Shown here: positions 49,062-63,500 of the stretch, one piece after another | Position numbering within the stretch: the stretch's first letter is position 1 | Layout of the letters: the number at the start of each line of letters is the position of its first letter | DNA from: Antedon mediterranea | Taxonomy: Eukaryota > Animalia > Echinodermata | Direction of reading: 5' to 3' | Length of the DNA stretch: 64,000 nt | Assembly: GCF_964355755.1 (NCBI RefSeq) | Contig: NC_092671.1 | Location: 26,858,070 to 26,922,069, forward strand | The notes under the pieces: model-generated | The model's input: the letters and a program-made list of their open reading frames with translations, nothing else | The model's database searches: none | What the model was told of the DNA's origin: nothing | Program-made: the position numbers and the translations under genes

Positions 49062-49666
49062 TTCAGAGTAGTTGATAGAGCTTATGGCAATGAAGCTTCT
49101 GGTGGATTTTCTTTAGTCGACTGCGAAATGTTTTTTAGTAGGCCGCTAAGCATTACTCTGAAGATCCCTGGGTTTGGGTATTCCTGCGGAGGACTAACTT
49201 CCGCTACTGCTAGTTCGTGTTGTTCAGTTCCTACCGACTTGCTTTCTTTGTCTCCCAATTCGATAGCGTTGTATGCAATTCAATAATGCATGACGTATTT
49301 ATTACAATACATTTTCTTGTTAAATTCAATATTGATGAAAGGACATATTATTCCGACTGAGTTAGGTAACACGATTTCAAACAAACTCTATTCAACCGAT
49401 TTTAAACCGTTTAGGCCTAAATTACTAGGATATACAGGTATACAGGTACCTATAGTACACTGTACAGTAAACGGCAAGTACTGTATTTCGTATTTATTGC
49501 CCCGCTTTGAATCATGATCTACATTTTTAGAGCATTTTGATACAATTTTTATTGCATTTATCAACAAATAGGGATACTATGTTCAATATGGTTCAATAGA
49601 ACATAAACCCAGTCATATGAATTGTGTGACCAGGGAGTTGTTAATTAGACATTCCACCAGGGTGCT

Positions 49667-49850
49667 GGTCAACCCGTACCCAAACCAACCCGCAACTTGG
49701 CTAACCCTTACCCCCAAATAATTGGTGAACTCGTACCCACTTTGGCTAACCCGTACCCAAACCAACCCGTACCCATACCAACTCGCACCCAATTATTTGG
49801 CCAAGTATTTGGCTTACTCGTACCCATTATTTGGCTTACTCGTACCCATT
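49667..49850. repeat. Tandem (CC)AACTCGTACCC repeats, probable subterminal array of a DNA transposon (MULE-like)
   Basis: About 8-10 imperfect copies; lies downstream of the MULE transposase relic. Confidence 0.6.
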
Positions 49851-50479
49851 TGTTGGCTTTTTCACACGGATCACTCATTATTTTATTGCAAATTTGTATT
49901 CACATATTTATCATTCGTATCACAGTAGGCCTATATTATTATTATTACTTTATGAATCATCTATTTATTTTCATAGGGCATCACAGTATATTACGGTACT
50001 TTATGAATTATCTTTTTTTTTTTATAGGGCCTGAATGTTGAACTGTAACGAAAACAAACTTACACAAATTTTTCAAAAATTCAGATATTTTTAATTGTTA
50101 AATTAATACCAAAAACAAATAAATATATATAAATAGAAAAGCAAAAGTACTGTATAGCCTAATTACTTTAAACACTAGGCCTATATACTGACAGAGGCAT
50201 ACATAATAATTAACAATTAAACATATTTTTCAGCTGTCTAATATAGGCTGTTAGGCCTATGTTAAAAAAAAATAAGAAAAATACAAAAACATTTTTATTA
50301 CCAAATATATGTATAGCCTATATACATTATTTGAATTATGTAAATACAATTTAATGCCAAAAACACATTTTTTAAAAATACAAAAACACATTTTTAAGTT
50401 CAGATAATCTTGAAATTACTACCGGTACCAAATATATTATATATGGCTAGGCCCTATATAATTAAATTATTATATATTA

Positions 50480-51380
50480 AACTAGAGGGTACTCCGAGAG
50501 TACAAACCTCCGCCTACTGTAGAATTCCCCTACATAAAATGTCCCCGAAATATATATATATATATACATTGGACAGAAATTCCTATCCCTAGTAGACAAA
50601 CATTTTCCAAAAGATAACAAACTAAGAAAAATCTTCAACCGAAACACTATCAAGATTAGCTACAGTTGTATGAACAATATGAAACAGATAATAGACAGTC
50701 ACAACAAGAGAATACTCAACCAGCCCGAAACAACATCCGTGGAAAACACGCAAGAAAACAAAACATGCAACTGCCGACAGAAAAACACATGCCCGCTAAG
50801 CGGAAATTGCTTACAATCATCTGTAATATACCAAGCCACAGTTACACGCAAAGACAAATCCACCTCGGAAACTTATATCGGACTAACTAATCGGTTTTGA
50901 CTGAATAAAATAAAAAATAAAAATAAAAAATAAAATAAAAATTTTGTTTTGTGTAAATACGCTAACTGCACACTACAAAGTTGTGAATGAGAGTTTAGTA
51001 TAATGGTTATGTATCCAGCCTCTCGCAGTTGAGTTGGTTCAAGTCCCGTTGACTTTTTTTCATTTTTTTGTGGACCTTGATCTTTGACCTTGACCTTTCA
51101 AAATGTAAACAACATTATATGATGAGTCATTTATCATTGTGGCTAAGTTTGGTGAGAATCGGATAAAAACGTTGGTCTATAGGCAATAAAATAGTTTTTT
51201 GTGACCTTGACCTATGACCTTTTTCCCTCACAATCGAACTCGTCCAAGCTGTTGGGGCATAGATCATTGTGGCCAAATTTGGTGAGAACCGGATGAAAAC
51301 TGTGGCATCAAGGCTGTTCACAGACATATACACACACAAACATGCAGGGGTGAAAACATAACCTCCTTGGCGGAGGTAAT
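50480..51380 (+). mobile_element. Non-autonomous Helentron-like (HINE/DINE-type) element
   Basis: 5' AACTAGAG plus hairpin GTACTC-cga-GAGTAC, sub-TIR ACCTCCGCC (50506-50514)/GGCGGAGGT (51369-51377), 3' hairpin, TGACCTTGA repeats. Confidence 0.65.
50570..50900 (+). mobile_element. Penelope-like GIY-YIG fragment (different lineage from the 40.4-kb copy)
   Basis: KIFNRNTIKISYSCM...CNCRQKNTCPLSGNC...VIYQATV...TYIGLT. Confidence 0.8.
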
Positions 51381-51420
51381 TATGGATACACAAAGTAATT
51401 TAATACTAAAAACAAAGTTT

Positions 51421-51900
51421 AACAAGGCCATACAGATGGCTGCAGTCGCGTGCTCAAGTTAGTGTTTACCGACCGACCGACTAACCAACCGACCGACCGA
51501 CCGACCGAAATTGCTGAACATATTTAAAAATGTTGAAAATGTTTAAAAATATTTATATTTTTTTAATTTACACGTGCGTAGCCTCGTGCTTGTGCTCGTC
51601 TAACGTAATTTCGTGTTGAAAAGTGAATCAAATAATATGATGATATTATTAAAGAAAGGTTGTAAAACAGAAATTGGGCAAAAATAGTCCATATTAACAT
51701 TTAACGCGCAGTGTGCGTGCAAAATCTGCGCACTCATGGCATTTTTGTAAAGCTTAAAATTGCCTAAAACGTAGGCCTACTCTTATTTCATCGAAAATAA
51801 ATTGACATTTTTGAAAATTTTAAGCGCGCGCACGCATGCGTTACATGCGCTACGCACGTAATTGTATTGCCATATGATGATTTATGCCCTGAAATTTATG
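51421..51900 (+). mobile_element. Second Helentron-like fragment with (CCGA)n microsatellite
   Basis: AACAAG start, GCCAT-acag-ATGGC hairpin, CCGA repeats at ~51468-51508; 3' end not found. Confidence 0.4.
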
Positions 51901-52679
51901 AGTACCTGTTACGGGCTTCGCATGAGTCCAAGCGATTTTTCTTATGTGGTCAGATAGGAGAAACGTCCGAGCGGTTTATATAAAGTTATCAGACAAAGAT
52001 GAACATCAAAAATGCAGTAAAGTTAAAGTAAAAGCATATTTCTTTAATGAACAGGCCCTCTTGCTGACCTGTGTCTGTTAACCTTCATACCAAAACTAAA
52101 ACTAAACTTAAAACATATCATCTTAACTACTGTATTTAAAAAACCCACCCTGACTTTTGATTGGCCAACTATATTCCAAGTAGTTTGATAAGTTAGCCTT
52201 TTAAAAAAATTGAGACAAAATTACTGTTAACTTTGTCTGGGGCTTTTTTCTAGGCCACATGGTACCATATGATATGTGTAACTGTAAGAGGAGTAACTAA
52301 AGGTTACTGGATAATAACCTCTATAGTATGAGTTATTATCACAGTACCAAATTGTTTCAACGTACCTGTTTTCGTCGTTAAGTTTCCCTTCTGAAATTAA
52401 TGTCATCTGCATTGAAACCGTGACTGCCATCGCTTCTACATAGAGCAGAGATACCAGTTTGTACAGACCAAGGCGACATGCTTCGGAAAGAGGTTAAAAT
52501 AGATTTAAAACAATAATAAACAGAGAGATGAAGGTCGCATGAAGGGGAAAATGTCAATCAAGAATCATGAATTCGCCGCGTGTGATGCTTATAGTGGAAT
52601 AATTACCGTACTCCACTTCAAAATGATAAATTCTAAAACATATTTATGAAGTGCATTAAGAAACATAAGATTATTCAAG

Positions 52680-54990
52680 TATTTCATACCTATACTTTCT
52701 CTTGATGCCACGATGCCAGCCTTCGGTGTCGTTGTTTGGTCGTGTTGCCATTCCATACACACTCCATTTGGTTGGGTTCCAGAAGTCATGGAAAATCCAT
52801 TGGTGTTCTACATACTGAATAAGCCGTTGTAGTTGAGGTGTTTTTTGCTTTCCGAGATAGTCTGAGAAGATAGAACGGAATATACCATCCGGTATAAATA
52901 TCTTGAATGAGAGTGAAACTTAACTCGCCTGCGTCGCAAACCTCACAACAATGTTGAAACATGAAATAACGTTCAAAGTATTCAAACGTTATGACTTGTA
53001 TATTAACATGACGTTTATTTAATGTATCCTTACCTCAAAACACAAGTCATGGGGATGTTTCGGTCGTAATTTCTCCCGTTTTCTGTTTGCAGTTCTCACA
53101 AGCGTGTGCACGTTAGGACGCGATCCTTCTGGATTATTTATGTCGCAGTGGTAAGTCATGACGTCTTCCACAATTTGTAATGCTGAGTCTTTTAGGCGTT
53201 GGACTGTCACTTGCTTGACCTATACAAACAAAAGATACATTAGTGGGGTTTTTTTTAATCCAAGACCAAAAGAAGACGTCAGTTGACCATTGTGCCTTAC
53301 CTTGGTTTTAATGTCTATGGCCGTGCCGTTTCCTGGTCGGGCTCCATGCGAATGAGGCAATTTACCAATGTTGAATATTATTATTTCCTTTTTGGACCAC
53401 GGTTGCCGGGCATCTAACAGCACAACTGCGAACACTGCACCACCAGTATGTCACATTTTTGCGCTTTCTCTGAATTTAAGATAAACACAAAATTATGTAT
53501 AATAGGCCTAAATAATGTAAGCCTATTTTAAAACACTTGGGTTATTTACAAAAAAAATGAAACTATATTGCGTAAGTATTTAAATAACTTGCTGATTATT
53601 TTGTACAAATTCAATGGTTATAATAAAAAAAAATGAGGACGATAATGACGATGATTAATGATAATAGGTTACAAAATTTACCATAATTGTATGCATATCT
53701 GCGATTGTCTGTGAGCATGTCCTTGCCACGTTGTGTTCCACCACATACAACAAAATACACAATTGGCGCATCATCTACTGTTAGGCCTATATCGTCCTCC
53801 ATTACTTCTCTATCTTCTATTGAGCTGAAATGCGAAACATTTGGTTGAGATCAATATAGATACGTAGGTTTGTTGTGTTATCAATTGAGCAGATGAAGAA
53901 TATTGAAAATATTTTAGGATTTAATTGGTAATTTACATGGATCAAATCATGGAAAGTCTTAGATCTAATTACATTCTTTTTCCTCAGCGTTTATAGTGTA
54001 GAAATTTTATGTATGGTTTAGTTGAATCTGGAAAGAATAAGATTGAAATCTCACTCTCTTTTTGAGTTAATGTGGATTGAAAAAATAGGGCCAACAAACC
54101 CAGGACAAAGTCAGCCTGTTACGGCGGTTAAGGAAGTTATGTACTTACTCTTCAAGATGATTATCAGGAATAGGTACCGGTACATGGCATCCCGGTCTTG
54201 ATTCAGGTTCTCGTCATTATTGTCCAAGACATCGGCTGGCCTGATTTCTTGCAATTCATCCTGTAATTACAGTAAAAAACGAAACCAAAAAAAATACGTG
54301 GAATTTAAATTAATGTTATTAAAAAAAATATTGAGCGCTTTCGAGAATTTTAATTGGCGGTTATTGAAAAATGATGAAATGTATTCAAGTTTGAATTTGA
54401 ATAAAAGCAATCATTAGGCCTAATACAAATTATTGGTAATTGAGTAGGTATGGAAAAGGCCAACGATTTTGCAACATACCGGCACCACATTGTCCATTTC
54501 TTCAGATGGAGCTGGTACTTAAGAAGAGGCATTTGGAATTCTGGGGATTAGTGTTACGCTGTTGCCATTTGGTTCAGCCGATGTGACTGGTAAGTCTGAA
54601 AGAACTGCAGCTTTTAGTCGTCTTGGAACACTGTGGACACATCCAGTCAAATATCACATTTCTTCGCAAACAGGAGTTATAAAACGCACGGGTAATACCT
54701 TTACAAAATAAACGGTAACAAAATAAACAATTAATTCCATATTTAAATGTTTATAATTTGTGTCATAATGATAATGCATTTTCAATTTTCATTATCTAAG
54801 AAATAGATAATCTTTTGAAACCCTGGAACATTTTAAGAATCATATCAAAATACCAATGACAGATTCTAAAAGTGTATAAAAAACTTAGCTTGGCCAGTAA
54901 TTTCTAGCCGTTTAAATATTTAAATGCATATTACTGTATTAAGAGTGCTTGTCGACCAAAACAGGTGGGTGTGGGACAGCATTTTTTGGC
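52680..54990 (-). pseudogene. Spliced, decayed MULE (Mutator-like) transposase: PHD-like + FLYWCH + C-terminal motif
   Basis: GITRAFY..FDWMCPQC; GTQRGKDML; YWWCSVR..CPATV..HSH; RTANRKREKLRPKHP; WSVYGMATRPNNDTEGWH; frameshifts and stops. Confidence 0.8.
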
Positions 54991-57900
54991 ATGAACAAAG
55001 CATAGAAGTAAAGTACATTACTTTATTTATCTTTGACTGATTGATTTACTTTATTAACTAGAGTCACACAGATACAGACAGATACATATGAAAGAATTAA
55101 ACAAATCAGTACAGCAGGCTTAGAGTTAGATATCCCAAGAAGAGACTAAAAATCAAAAAGCAAAAAAAAACCACAAAAAATACTAAGATTTAAAATGTTT
55201 AAAATTTGTATAAAAATGGTTTTTAGACAAATTAAAAATACAATGATTTTAGTGTATGCTTAAGAGTAGTTATGTTGGACGATTTTTTGATACAAAGAGG
55301 AATATTGTTCCAGGCTTTAATAGCGTTAAAATAAAACATTTTGCTATTTGCTAGCTTAATAAATGAAAAACAAAAATTTCCTTATATAATAATAGGGCAC
55401 CCATTGATGTGATCTGCATCTGGTCATTACTTGTTATATGTAGGCCTATATTAGGCATATAGTGTTTTGTTCAATCGCATTTAGACAACAGTTTATTAAT
55501 GGACATGCGACCAACATATTAATAATATACAGCCATAACATTCCAAAGCCTGTTGTTCCCTTGTAACTTAAACATGAGTATTTTGGAGGCTGAACGGGTC
55601 TCCGTTCACTTCGGTGGCGAGTATTCAGCGGTAAAAAGCGAATATTTTAGCAATTTGTCGAATTAAATAATGTTGTCTTATCTCATAAAAAATGCATGAA
55701 AGTGGTAGAGTTTAAAACACTGAATCATCTTATATAGGTGCCATCTTCTGTCGTTTTTAATTCACTGGAATATGTAAAAAACGAACACACCTTATGTCAC
55801 TGCCGCAGCCATAGAAGTTCTGACCAATCAACGTTTCAGAAAACAATGGCAAATATATTCCAGTATATACACTAAGTCACTGCATCCAGAGGTTCTGACC
55901 AATAAACATGAATAGTTTAGAAAACAATAGAACTAGTCGCTGTTAACATACACTGATCGTGATTGCTTATTTTTTTTTTTTTAAACGGGTAATACAGTAT
56001 ATATATATAATATATAATATTATATTTAATAACATAAACATAAAAATGCATTTAAGAAAAAATGTTATTGTTTTTTTATTCTAATAGCATTATCGGTTTA
56101 AATTTTAATACATTTTCATTCCGATATAATTTTACTGATTAGGGGATCGAATTAACTGCAAAAAAAATAAACATGATGACATTGAATTGTTATCTTACAA
56201 ACCAAGTCTGCGATTGAATCCGAACTACTGATATTCTTTATTCACCTTTATTTGTTATTATGTTTGTGATATAATAATGTACTTATTGAAATTTATTCCT
56301 CTTTATTTGTTATTAGCTTTGTGATATAATAATGTACTTATTGGCATTATTACCCATGTAATCACTGTTCAATTTGGAATGACAATCCGCTTAAATGCAA
56401 CAGTCTAATCGGGAACATTTCTTGTAGATGGTGCAGATCACATTATTTAAAGTTTCCTTCTAATGTGAAATATTATTTCTTTCAGATTTTAAGTAATTGA
56501 TACATTGTTATTTGATCGTTTTACTATCGTTAACTTTTTGATTTTCAGTGTATGAGACTACATTAAATAAATATAATTCGAATGCAGCCTTGTTGATTTT
56601 TTAGACTGACGACAACAGAATAAACTTTTATTTTTAGATATTATTCTTTAGAACAAAGCCATCATTCGATGATTGACGTCTGTATATATAGTAATTTGGC
56701 TATTGTATTCCCATATAAAGACTAAAGTTGAGGTGGGGTGTTGAAGACAATACGAGGTGGGGTGTTGAAAATGAAAACAAAAATCTTATTTATATTATAC
56801 AGAAATATTAGCAAAAAATTATGTATTATCTGTTCTTGTTTTCTGTTTATAAATAGCCTATAAACTCTTAAAATACCTTGGTATGGTCTCAATAAAATAC
56901 GAATGTGCGGCGTATGTATAGAAAGCAGAAACATCATTCTTAACGCATGAGGCAAATACGATTAGTCCGTTATACATTTTTATTTCAAACCAATATACAG
57001 ATCTTTCTATTGTCAAACACTTGTAAAAGGTCTAAATACATTTAATGACCAGAATGATATAGACCTGTTGAATAATATACAGCTATTGATTGATTAACCA
57101 AATAAGAAGACAACCCCCGAAATGCAAGTTAGGATTTCAGTTAGTAGCCTACAAATCAAAACGTCGAAAATAATACAAACATGTTATATTTTTAACACTA
57201 CCAATTCGTTAGTTTATTTTACGGGTGATTGGTATAGGTAATCAAAACAGTTAATTTTTCTTAGTTTTGCATTTTTTATGCATGTAAATATAATTTGAAA
57301 CACCGTCCTAATGATTCTAAAACTTAAAATCTGTTTAAAAAAAGGGATAATAACACATTCATATTATTTGTCACAATTACGAAGGACGTTGTTATTATAT
57401 TAACAAGACCTACTACATATACTTTATTTTGTTGAAGAGTTTGATTGAGACAAAGTGTTCAACTTCTAAACTAAGACAAATTATTAAATTAGACTATTTT
57501 ATAATTAGTCGTAATAGGTTAATAATATTATTTTCACTTTTGAAAGATATGTAATAATGCTATATTGAAACAATACTACTTTATTATTATTAAATAATAG
57601 ATTAATAACTTATTCATAATAAAAAAAAAGTAGAATGCAGAAATCAATACAGTAGGCATGGGCCTACTTATTATATTAATTCTAAGTTAAGTCTCATCAC
57701 ACAGGATTAAGCAGCCACTGACATCTTCCATATAAAACAGCGCCCTCAATTATTAACTTGGCAAGTAAACTAGTATACCCAAATATAAAGCTGTGCTCGG
57801 CGTACGAGTCTGTACATACTTTTTAGGTTAGTTTATCGACGCAGTTTTGTTAGTGTTAATGCATGCGGATGGCCACTGAGTTAACGAACTTTATCCTCCA

Positions 57901-58621
57901 GTTGAGAGTGTGCTTTCCTCCACGTAAAATGGTATTACAGTCGTGTTTCAGGTATATGTTGTTAAGATCAAGATTATTTTTAATCTTTCATTTCTAGTAG
58001 TAGTACGATAAGTTATTATACCTGAAGAGGAAATACTGTACCATGCATTTTAGATTTTCTCCATGGTTGTTTAAGATAGAATAGATATTATATTAATACC
58101 CGTATGAGTGACATACATTGTCGACAGGCATTATTAGTACTTTACTTTATTGGGAGACATTTTCCTTTCCGTTACAGCAATAGAACAGCATAGTCGCTTT
58201 TCTATTAATTGTTTAGATTTAGAAAGCCTAGATTAGGCCTATTTTCTTACATTTTCGCCATGTATGGTTTTTTTTTTAGACATGTTATAGATTGCACATA
58301 TATTTTGCCTTACGTGGTATCATCCCACTTTTATTTCCATAAATATTCTTTACATATTTAGGCCTATATTTTCTCTAAACTTTTTCATTTTAATAATCTT
58401 TACATTTTACATTTTTCTGTTATAGTAACAATATTTATTTATCATCTGTTTTCAAACATATCTACTAGATTGCTCATATTTAATACATGCATATAATGTA
58501 AAAATTTCTATAAAATCATAGATAAGTGCCATTAAAGTAATTGTACGGTACGGTACTATTCTACTTATGAATAGGAGTTTCTTATTATAGCGTCGTCTCT
58601 TTAGCTTTTCACGTCATACAT

Positions 58622-59011
58622 GTCCCATATGCTCCTCTTCCCCATCCCCAGCCACCTCGGGTCGCGATTTCATTTTTTTCGTACCGTAAGTTGGGGACCT
58701 CTAATGTGAAAGATAGCTGAACTACCGCTAAATATAACTAAGCCTAACCCTCTAAATAATCTCTCTATCACTATATAATAAAAAGAAGTTGCTTTTGAGA
58801 TTCGAACCCTATATCGAAATGTAAAGTCCATAGTCTAATCCACTCGACTACACAAAAGCCCCGACGGAAAGCGTTTGCATTAGCGAATTGTAGTTAGCTC
58901 AATTCTTACGTCACACCCTATGGATATGACTAATGAATATTCATGTTTATTTAGTGACGTTTCATGATGTACGAAAATAAATATCGCCCACGGATCACTA
59001 ACATATGGGAC
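58622..59011. mobile_element. Possible MITE with tRNA-like internal segment
   Basis: Inverted GTCCCATATG/CATATGGGAC; reverse B-box-like GATTCGAACC at ~58800; no TSD found. Confidence 0.4.
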
Positions 59012-60243
59012 CAAGTCCAACAAAATACATTTAAATGTCAAACGTAATCACAGCATAGTCCCGTAATTTTTTTTCACGCTGCTGCTCTAGCCCGCTACGT
59101 CCCATTAGGACTACTCAATCAGAAGCTAAAGCAAGCAGCAGTTATAGTTCTAAAGACGACAGTTTTGCGAAAATTGAAACTCCACTATAATTTATGGATT
59201 TCCAGCTGCTAGACCCAAAAACGTCTGGGAAAAGAGTCTATTAGGACATGTCATGCTAAAATTACAAATCCCAAAGCATTTCTGGTATTTATGAGTCCCA
59301 TTTGACTGTAATACTGACTTTTGACTGTAATTCACTGTCAGATATTTATTGAATTATTATCGTAACAGTCCATTAAAGTTTGTGTTTGTAATAGAATACT
59401 TCACACTTGAAATATCTAGGGTGATGAAGTGACCCCAGACTTGACCTTAGCAATAAAATTAACTAAAATGACAGAAATTGAGTATTCACTTCTGTAAAAA
59501 AAAAAAATATTTATTCACATATAAAAAGAGAAAAGAAACCCAAAAACCATTGTCTGACAGACAATTTAAGTATTTGTTGCTTTAAATTACATTTTTTCAG
59601 GTAAAATAACTATTAGGCCTATGTGACAATAAAATGACACATTCAAAAACATTTGAAATAAAAAATATTTTTCAATAAGCGAGCAGCGTTTTTTGTAAGA
59701 AATATTTCTTGTTTAACTGTACTTCACTTTCACATCTCCGATTTCTCTTGCAATGGACCCCATTGGAAATAAATTGACATGTCGATTTTATGGGTCGTCC
59801 TTGCATCCATTCACTTTGGTTTTATTAAATTTTAATATTCCAATTGTTTGTATTTTTTCTTTGTTATGTATTTTAAATTTATTGTTGAATGGATGCTAAA
59901 TGAATAAATAAAATAAATACAAGGAATAGTTTATTGAGACCGTCTTGGTCAATTGAAATAAGTATAGCCTACATTATGATTATAAAAACCGTTTAGGAAC
60001 CGATTGTGTTTTGTTGTCAGTTTCAGTAACGGTAAATAGTTTACATGTGCATTTGTATTTTGTTAGTACCATATTGGCACATGTGTCATGTTTTAGTAAT
60101 TGTCGGCGCAACGGTAAAACAAAACAACTACTAAATGTATACAGTAAACTATGCAATTTATTCCAAGTGAATCAAGTGAGGATTCTCAATAAATAGATAG
60201 AATATACAATATACAATATTTGATAAGACAGAGCAATAAACGG

Positions 60244-60529
60244 TGTAGCTAAGATGCTGGTTGAGAAAAGAGTGTGTTAATAATGTGGTCAGTGCACGGT
60301 AATATTGGGCTTGGCCCATCTCATCTGACCAATAAGGATTAAGAGAATTAATGTGGTTTTCTGTTAGAGTCATTAACATTCTTAAAATCCATTAGCTAGA
60401 AAAGTGAAGGTAACAGGAAGGTAACCTGTCAATGTGAGGTTAAATAAAGAGATATATAGAGGATGTATAAATAATCAAATTAAAAGTAAATGTTGAATTG
60501 TTTAAAAGCTATGTGGTAGGTCTGCTACA
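60244..60529 (-). repeat. 3' LTR (286 bp) of the Gypsy element
   Basis: TGTAGC...GCTACA inverted ends, preceded on the minus strand by polypurine tract GGAAGGGGG just after the pol stop. Confidence 0.8.
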
Positions 60530-60552
60530 GGAGCCCCCTTCCAGTGAAAGAA

Positions 60553-63500
60553 TTAATGATAGAACGAGACAAAACGTTGAGGGAAATGAACATGTCTACC
60601 AGAACGAGTAGTACGGGGAGGGGTTGCCAAAATGGGTGACGGGTTGGTTGGTTTGACTAGGGGTGATGCTTGTAGCTTGGGAGTGAGGGTTTGCTCTTGG
60701 CTTTTAAATATATCAGTATCCAAATGAGCTACCTTTAAGCGATCAATACTGACTGTGTCCTGTCGACCATTTAGATCGAGAACAAAGTGTTTGTCTGTTC
60801 GACTTAATACCTTAAATGGACCATCATATGGACGTTGTAAGGGTTTTCGAACAGAGTCCCTTCGCACAAAAACATGGGTACAATTAAATATTTCTTGATT
60901 GATATAGGATTTACGGTTAGAGTTGGTGCGGGTAGGTGTGGGACGTAGTTTACTCATATTATCACGCAATCTATCAATATAATTAGAATAATCACAATGT
61001 TCAGAGTTTGAATTAAAGAATTGTCCAGGTAATCTTAAAGTAGTGCCATAAACAAGTTCAGCTGCACTATGACCTAGATCAGCCTTAAGGGCTGTACGAA
61101 TGCCTAAAAGTACTATAGGTAAATGTTCTGTCCATTTAGTGTGATCATTATGTGCTTTGAGAGAACCCTTCAAATGTCGATGAAAACGTTCTACAAGTCC
61201 GTTCGCAATAGGATGGTAGGCAGTTGTATGAATGTGCTTAGTTCCTAGTAAGTTGGCGAGTGAATGAAATAATGCAGATTCAAATTGTCTTCCTCGATCT
61301 GTTGTAATGGTTGAAGGTATTCCGAATGAAGCGATCCATCGATTGACAAATGCGTGTGCGACAGTATCGGCTGTGATATCCGGAATAGGTACGGCTTCGG
61401 GCCATCGAGTAAAACGATCGATAAAAGTGAGTAAATAAGAAAAACCATTTGACGGAGGGAGAGGTCCAACAATATCTATATGTACATGGTCAAAACGGGC
61501 GTCAGGTGTAGAAAAAGTAGAGAGTGGCGAAACGGTGTGCCGGTGTACTTTGGAACGTTGACATTGAATGCATGTTTGAGACCATCGTCGTACATCACGA
61601 TTGATTGCTGGCCATACGAAATGGTCAGTAATTAAACGTTGTGTTGCTCGTATACCAGGATGTGATAGCGAATGTAGAGTGTCAAATATTATGCGTCTGA
61701 ATTCTTGTGGGATATATGGACGTGGATTGCCTTTGGAAATATCACAAAGAATTGTAGAGTCAGAAGTTGGAATTGGAAAGTTTTGAAATTGTAGTGAAAA
61801 CGGTGATTCAAGTAGCTTGTGCAATTCATCGTCATTCTTTTGTGCAGCAGCAATAAGACTAAAATCAACAATGTTAGTTGTGTTGTGACTGAAAGTATTA
61901 AGTTCGATTCGCGACAATGCATCAGCTGCTGCATTAGCTTTTCCACTCACATGGCGTATGTCCGTTGTGAATTGAGATATGAAATCGAGATGACGGATTT
62001 CGCGTGGCGAGTGACGATTTGGTTTGGCGAGTAAAGCATACACAAGTGGCTTATGGTCAGTAAAAATATGAAATGAGCGTCCTTCAAGTGAATGACGAAA
62101 TTGTTTAACTGAAAGGTATGCCGCCAAAAGTTCACGACCAAATGTGCTGTATCGCGTCTGCGCTGGTTTCAACTTCTGTGAAAAAAATGAAATAGGTTGC
62201 CAATTGTTGTCAATGCATTGTTGTAGTATACCCCCTATGGCCACATCCGAAGCGTCAACCATGATACTTAAAGGTGCATCTGGCTGCGGATGGGTGAGAA
62301 ATGTAGCACTTGCGAGGGCGACTTTAATATTATTAAATCCCAATAAAGCTGCGTCGGTCCATACCAGATCCTGTTTCTTACCTGCCCCAACAAGTAGAGC
62401 TGTGACAGGTTGTAAAATCTGGGCACACTGCGGTATAAATCGCCTATAAAAGTTAATAAGTCCAAGGAATTCACGTAGTTTGCGTAAAGAAGTTGGTTGT
62501 GGAAAGTTTTGTATCGCTTCGACCTTTATTTGAAGTGGTCGGACACCTTGCGAATCAACATGATGTCCAAGAAACTCGAGTGACGAAACTCCAAATTGGC
62601 ATTTCGCTGGGTTGAGAACAACGCCATACTCATTAAGACGTGTGAATAGTTGATGAAGATGAGTTTCGTGTTCCTCGGCGTTGGAACTTGCAACAAGCAG
62701 GTCGTCGATATAAGCGTAGCAAAAATCCAATCCACGCGTTACCTGATCAATAAAACGTTGAAAAGTTTGAGCGGCATTGCGGAGGCCAAATGGCATTCTA
62801 ACAAATTCAAAAAGTCCAAATGGTGTAGTAATTGCTGTTTTATGAACATCAGCAGGTTCAACTGGTATCTGATGGTAAGCTCGGACGAGATCAATCTTAG
62901 AAAATATAGTGGATCCGTGCAGAGATGCTGTAAAATCGTGCATGTACGGGATAGGATACCGATCTGCAACAGTAGCATTGTTCAATGCTCGATAATCCCC
63001 ACAGGGACGCCAATCCCCAGGAGTTTTCTTAGGCACCATATGTAAAGGTGATGCCCAGTTACTTTTAGAGGGGCGTATAATTCCAAGCTGCATCATGTGT
63101 TCAAATTCATGTCTGGCTGTTTTGCAGCGGTCATGTGCGAGCCGTCGAGGATGTGACGAAATTGGTGGACCATGGGTCTGAATATGATGTGTCACATCGT
63201 GTTTTAGCGACGCTTCCTGATAACAAGGGCGTGTAATGTTTGGGAATTTTGTAAGAATGTAGTCCCACTTGGACTTAGCCTCAAGGGTGGTAAATATAAG
63301 ACCGAGAGGCGAAGTTTTGGAGGCGACACCTTGAATACTCAGGTTGGTGGTAGTGTCAATGAGTCGTCGATTATTCATATCGACTAACAGTCCAAAATGT
63401 CTTAAAAAATCAGCCCCTATGATGGGGTGTGTGACGTCTGCGACAACAAATAACCATTGAGATGTTCGTCTCAAACCTAAGTCTAAGGTTACAGAGCGAT

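Noticed and set aside
50996-51047. tRNA gene
   Set aside because: Only A/B-box-like motifs, no full cloverleaf; the same applies to ~24435-24497 and ~58795-58850
51908-52230. Solo LTR starting TGTTAC
   Set aside because: No matching ...ACA end with a TSD could be identified
61245-63045. Short ORFs overlapping pol
   Set aside because: Alternative-frame or antisense by-products without motifs
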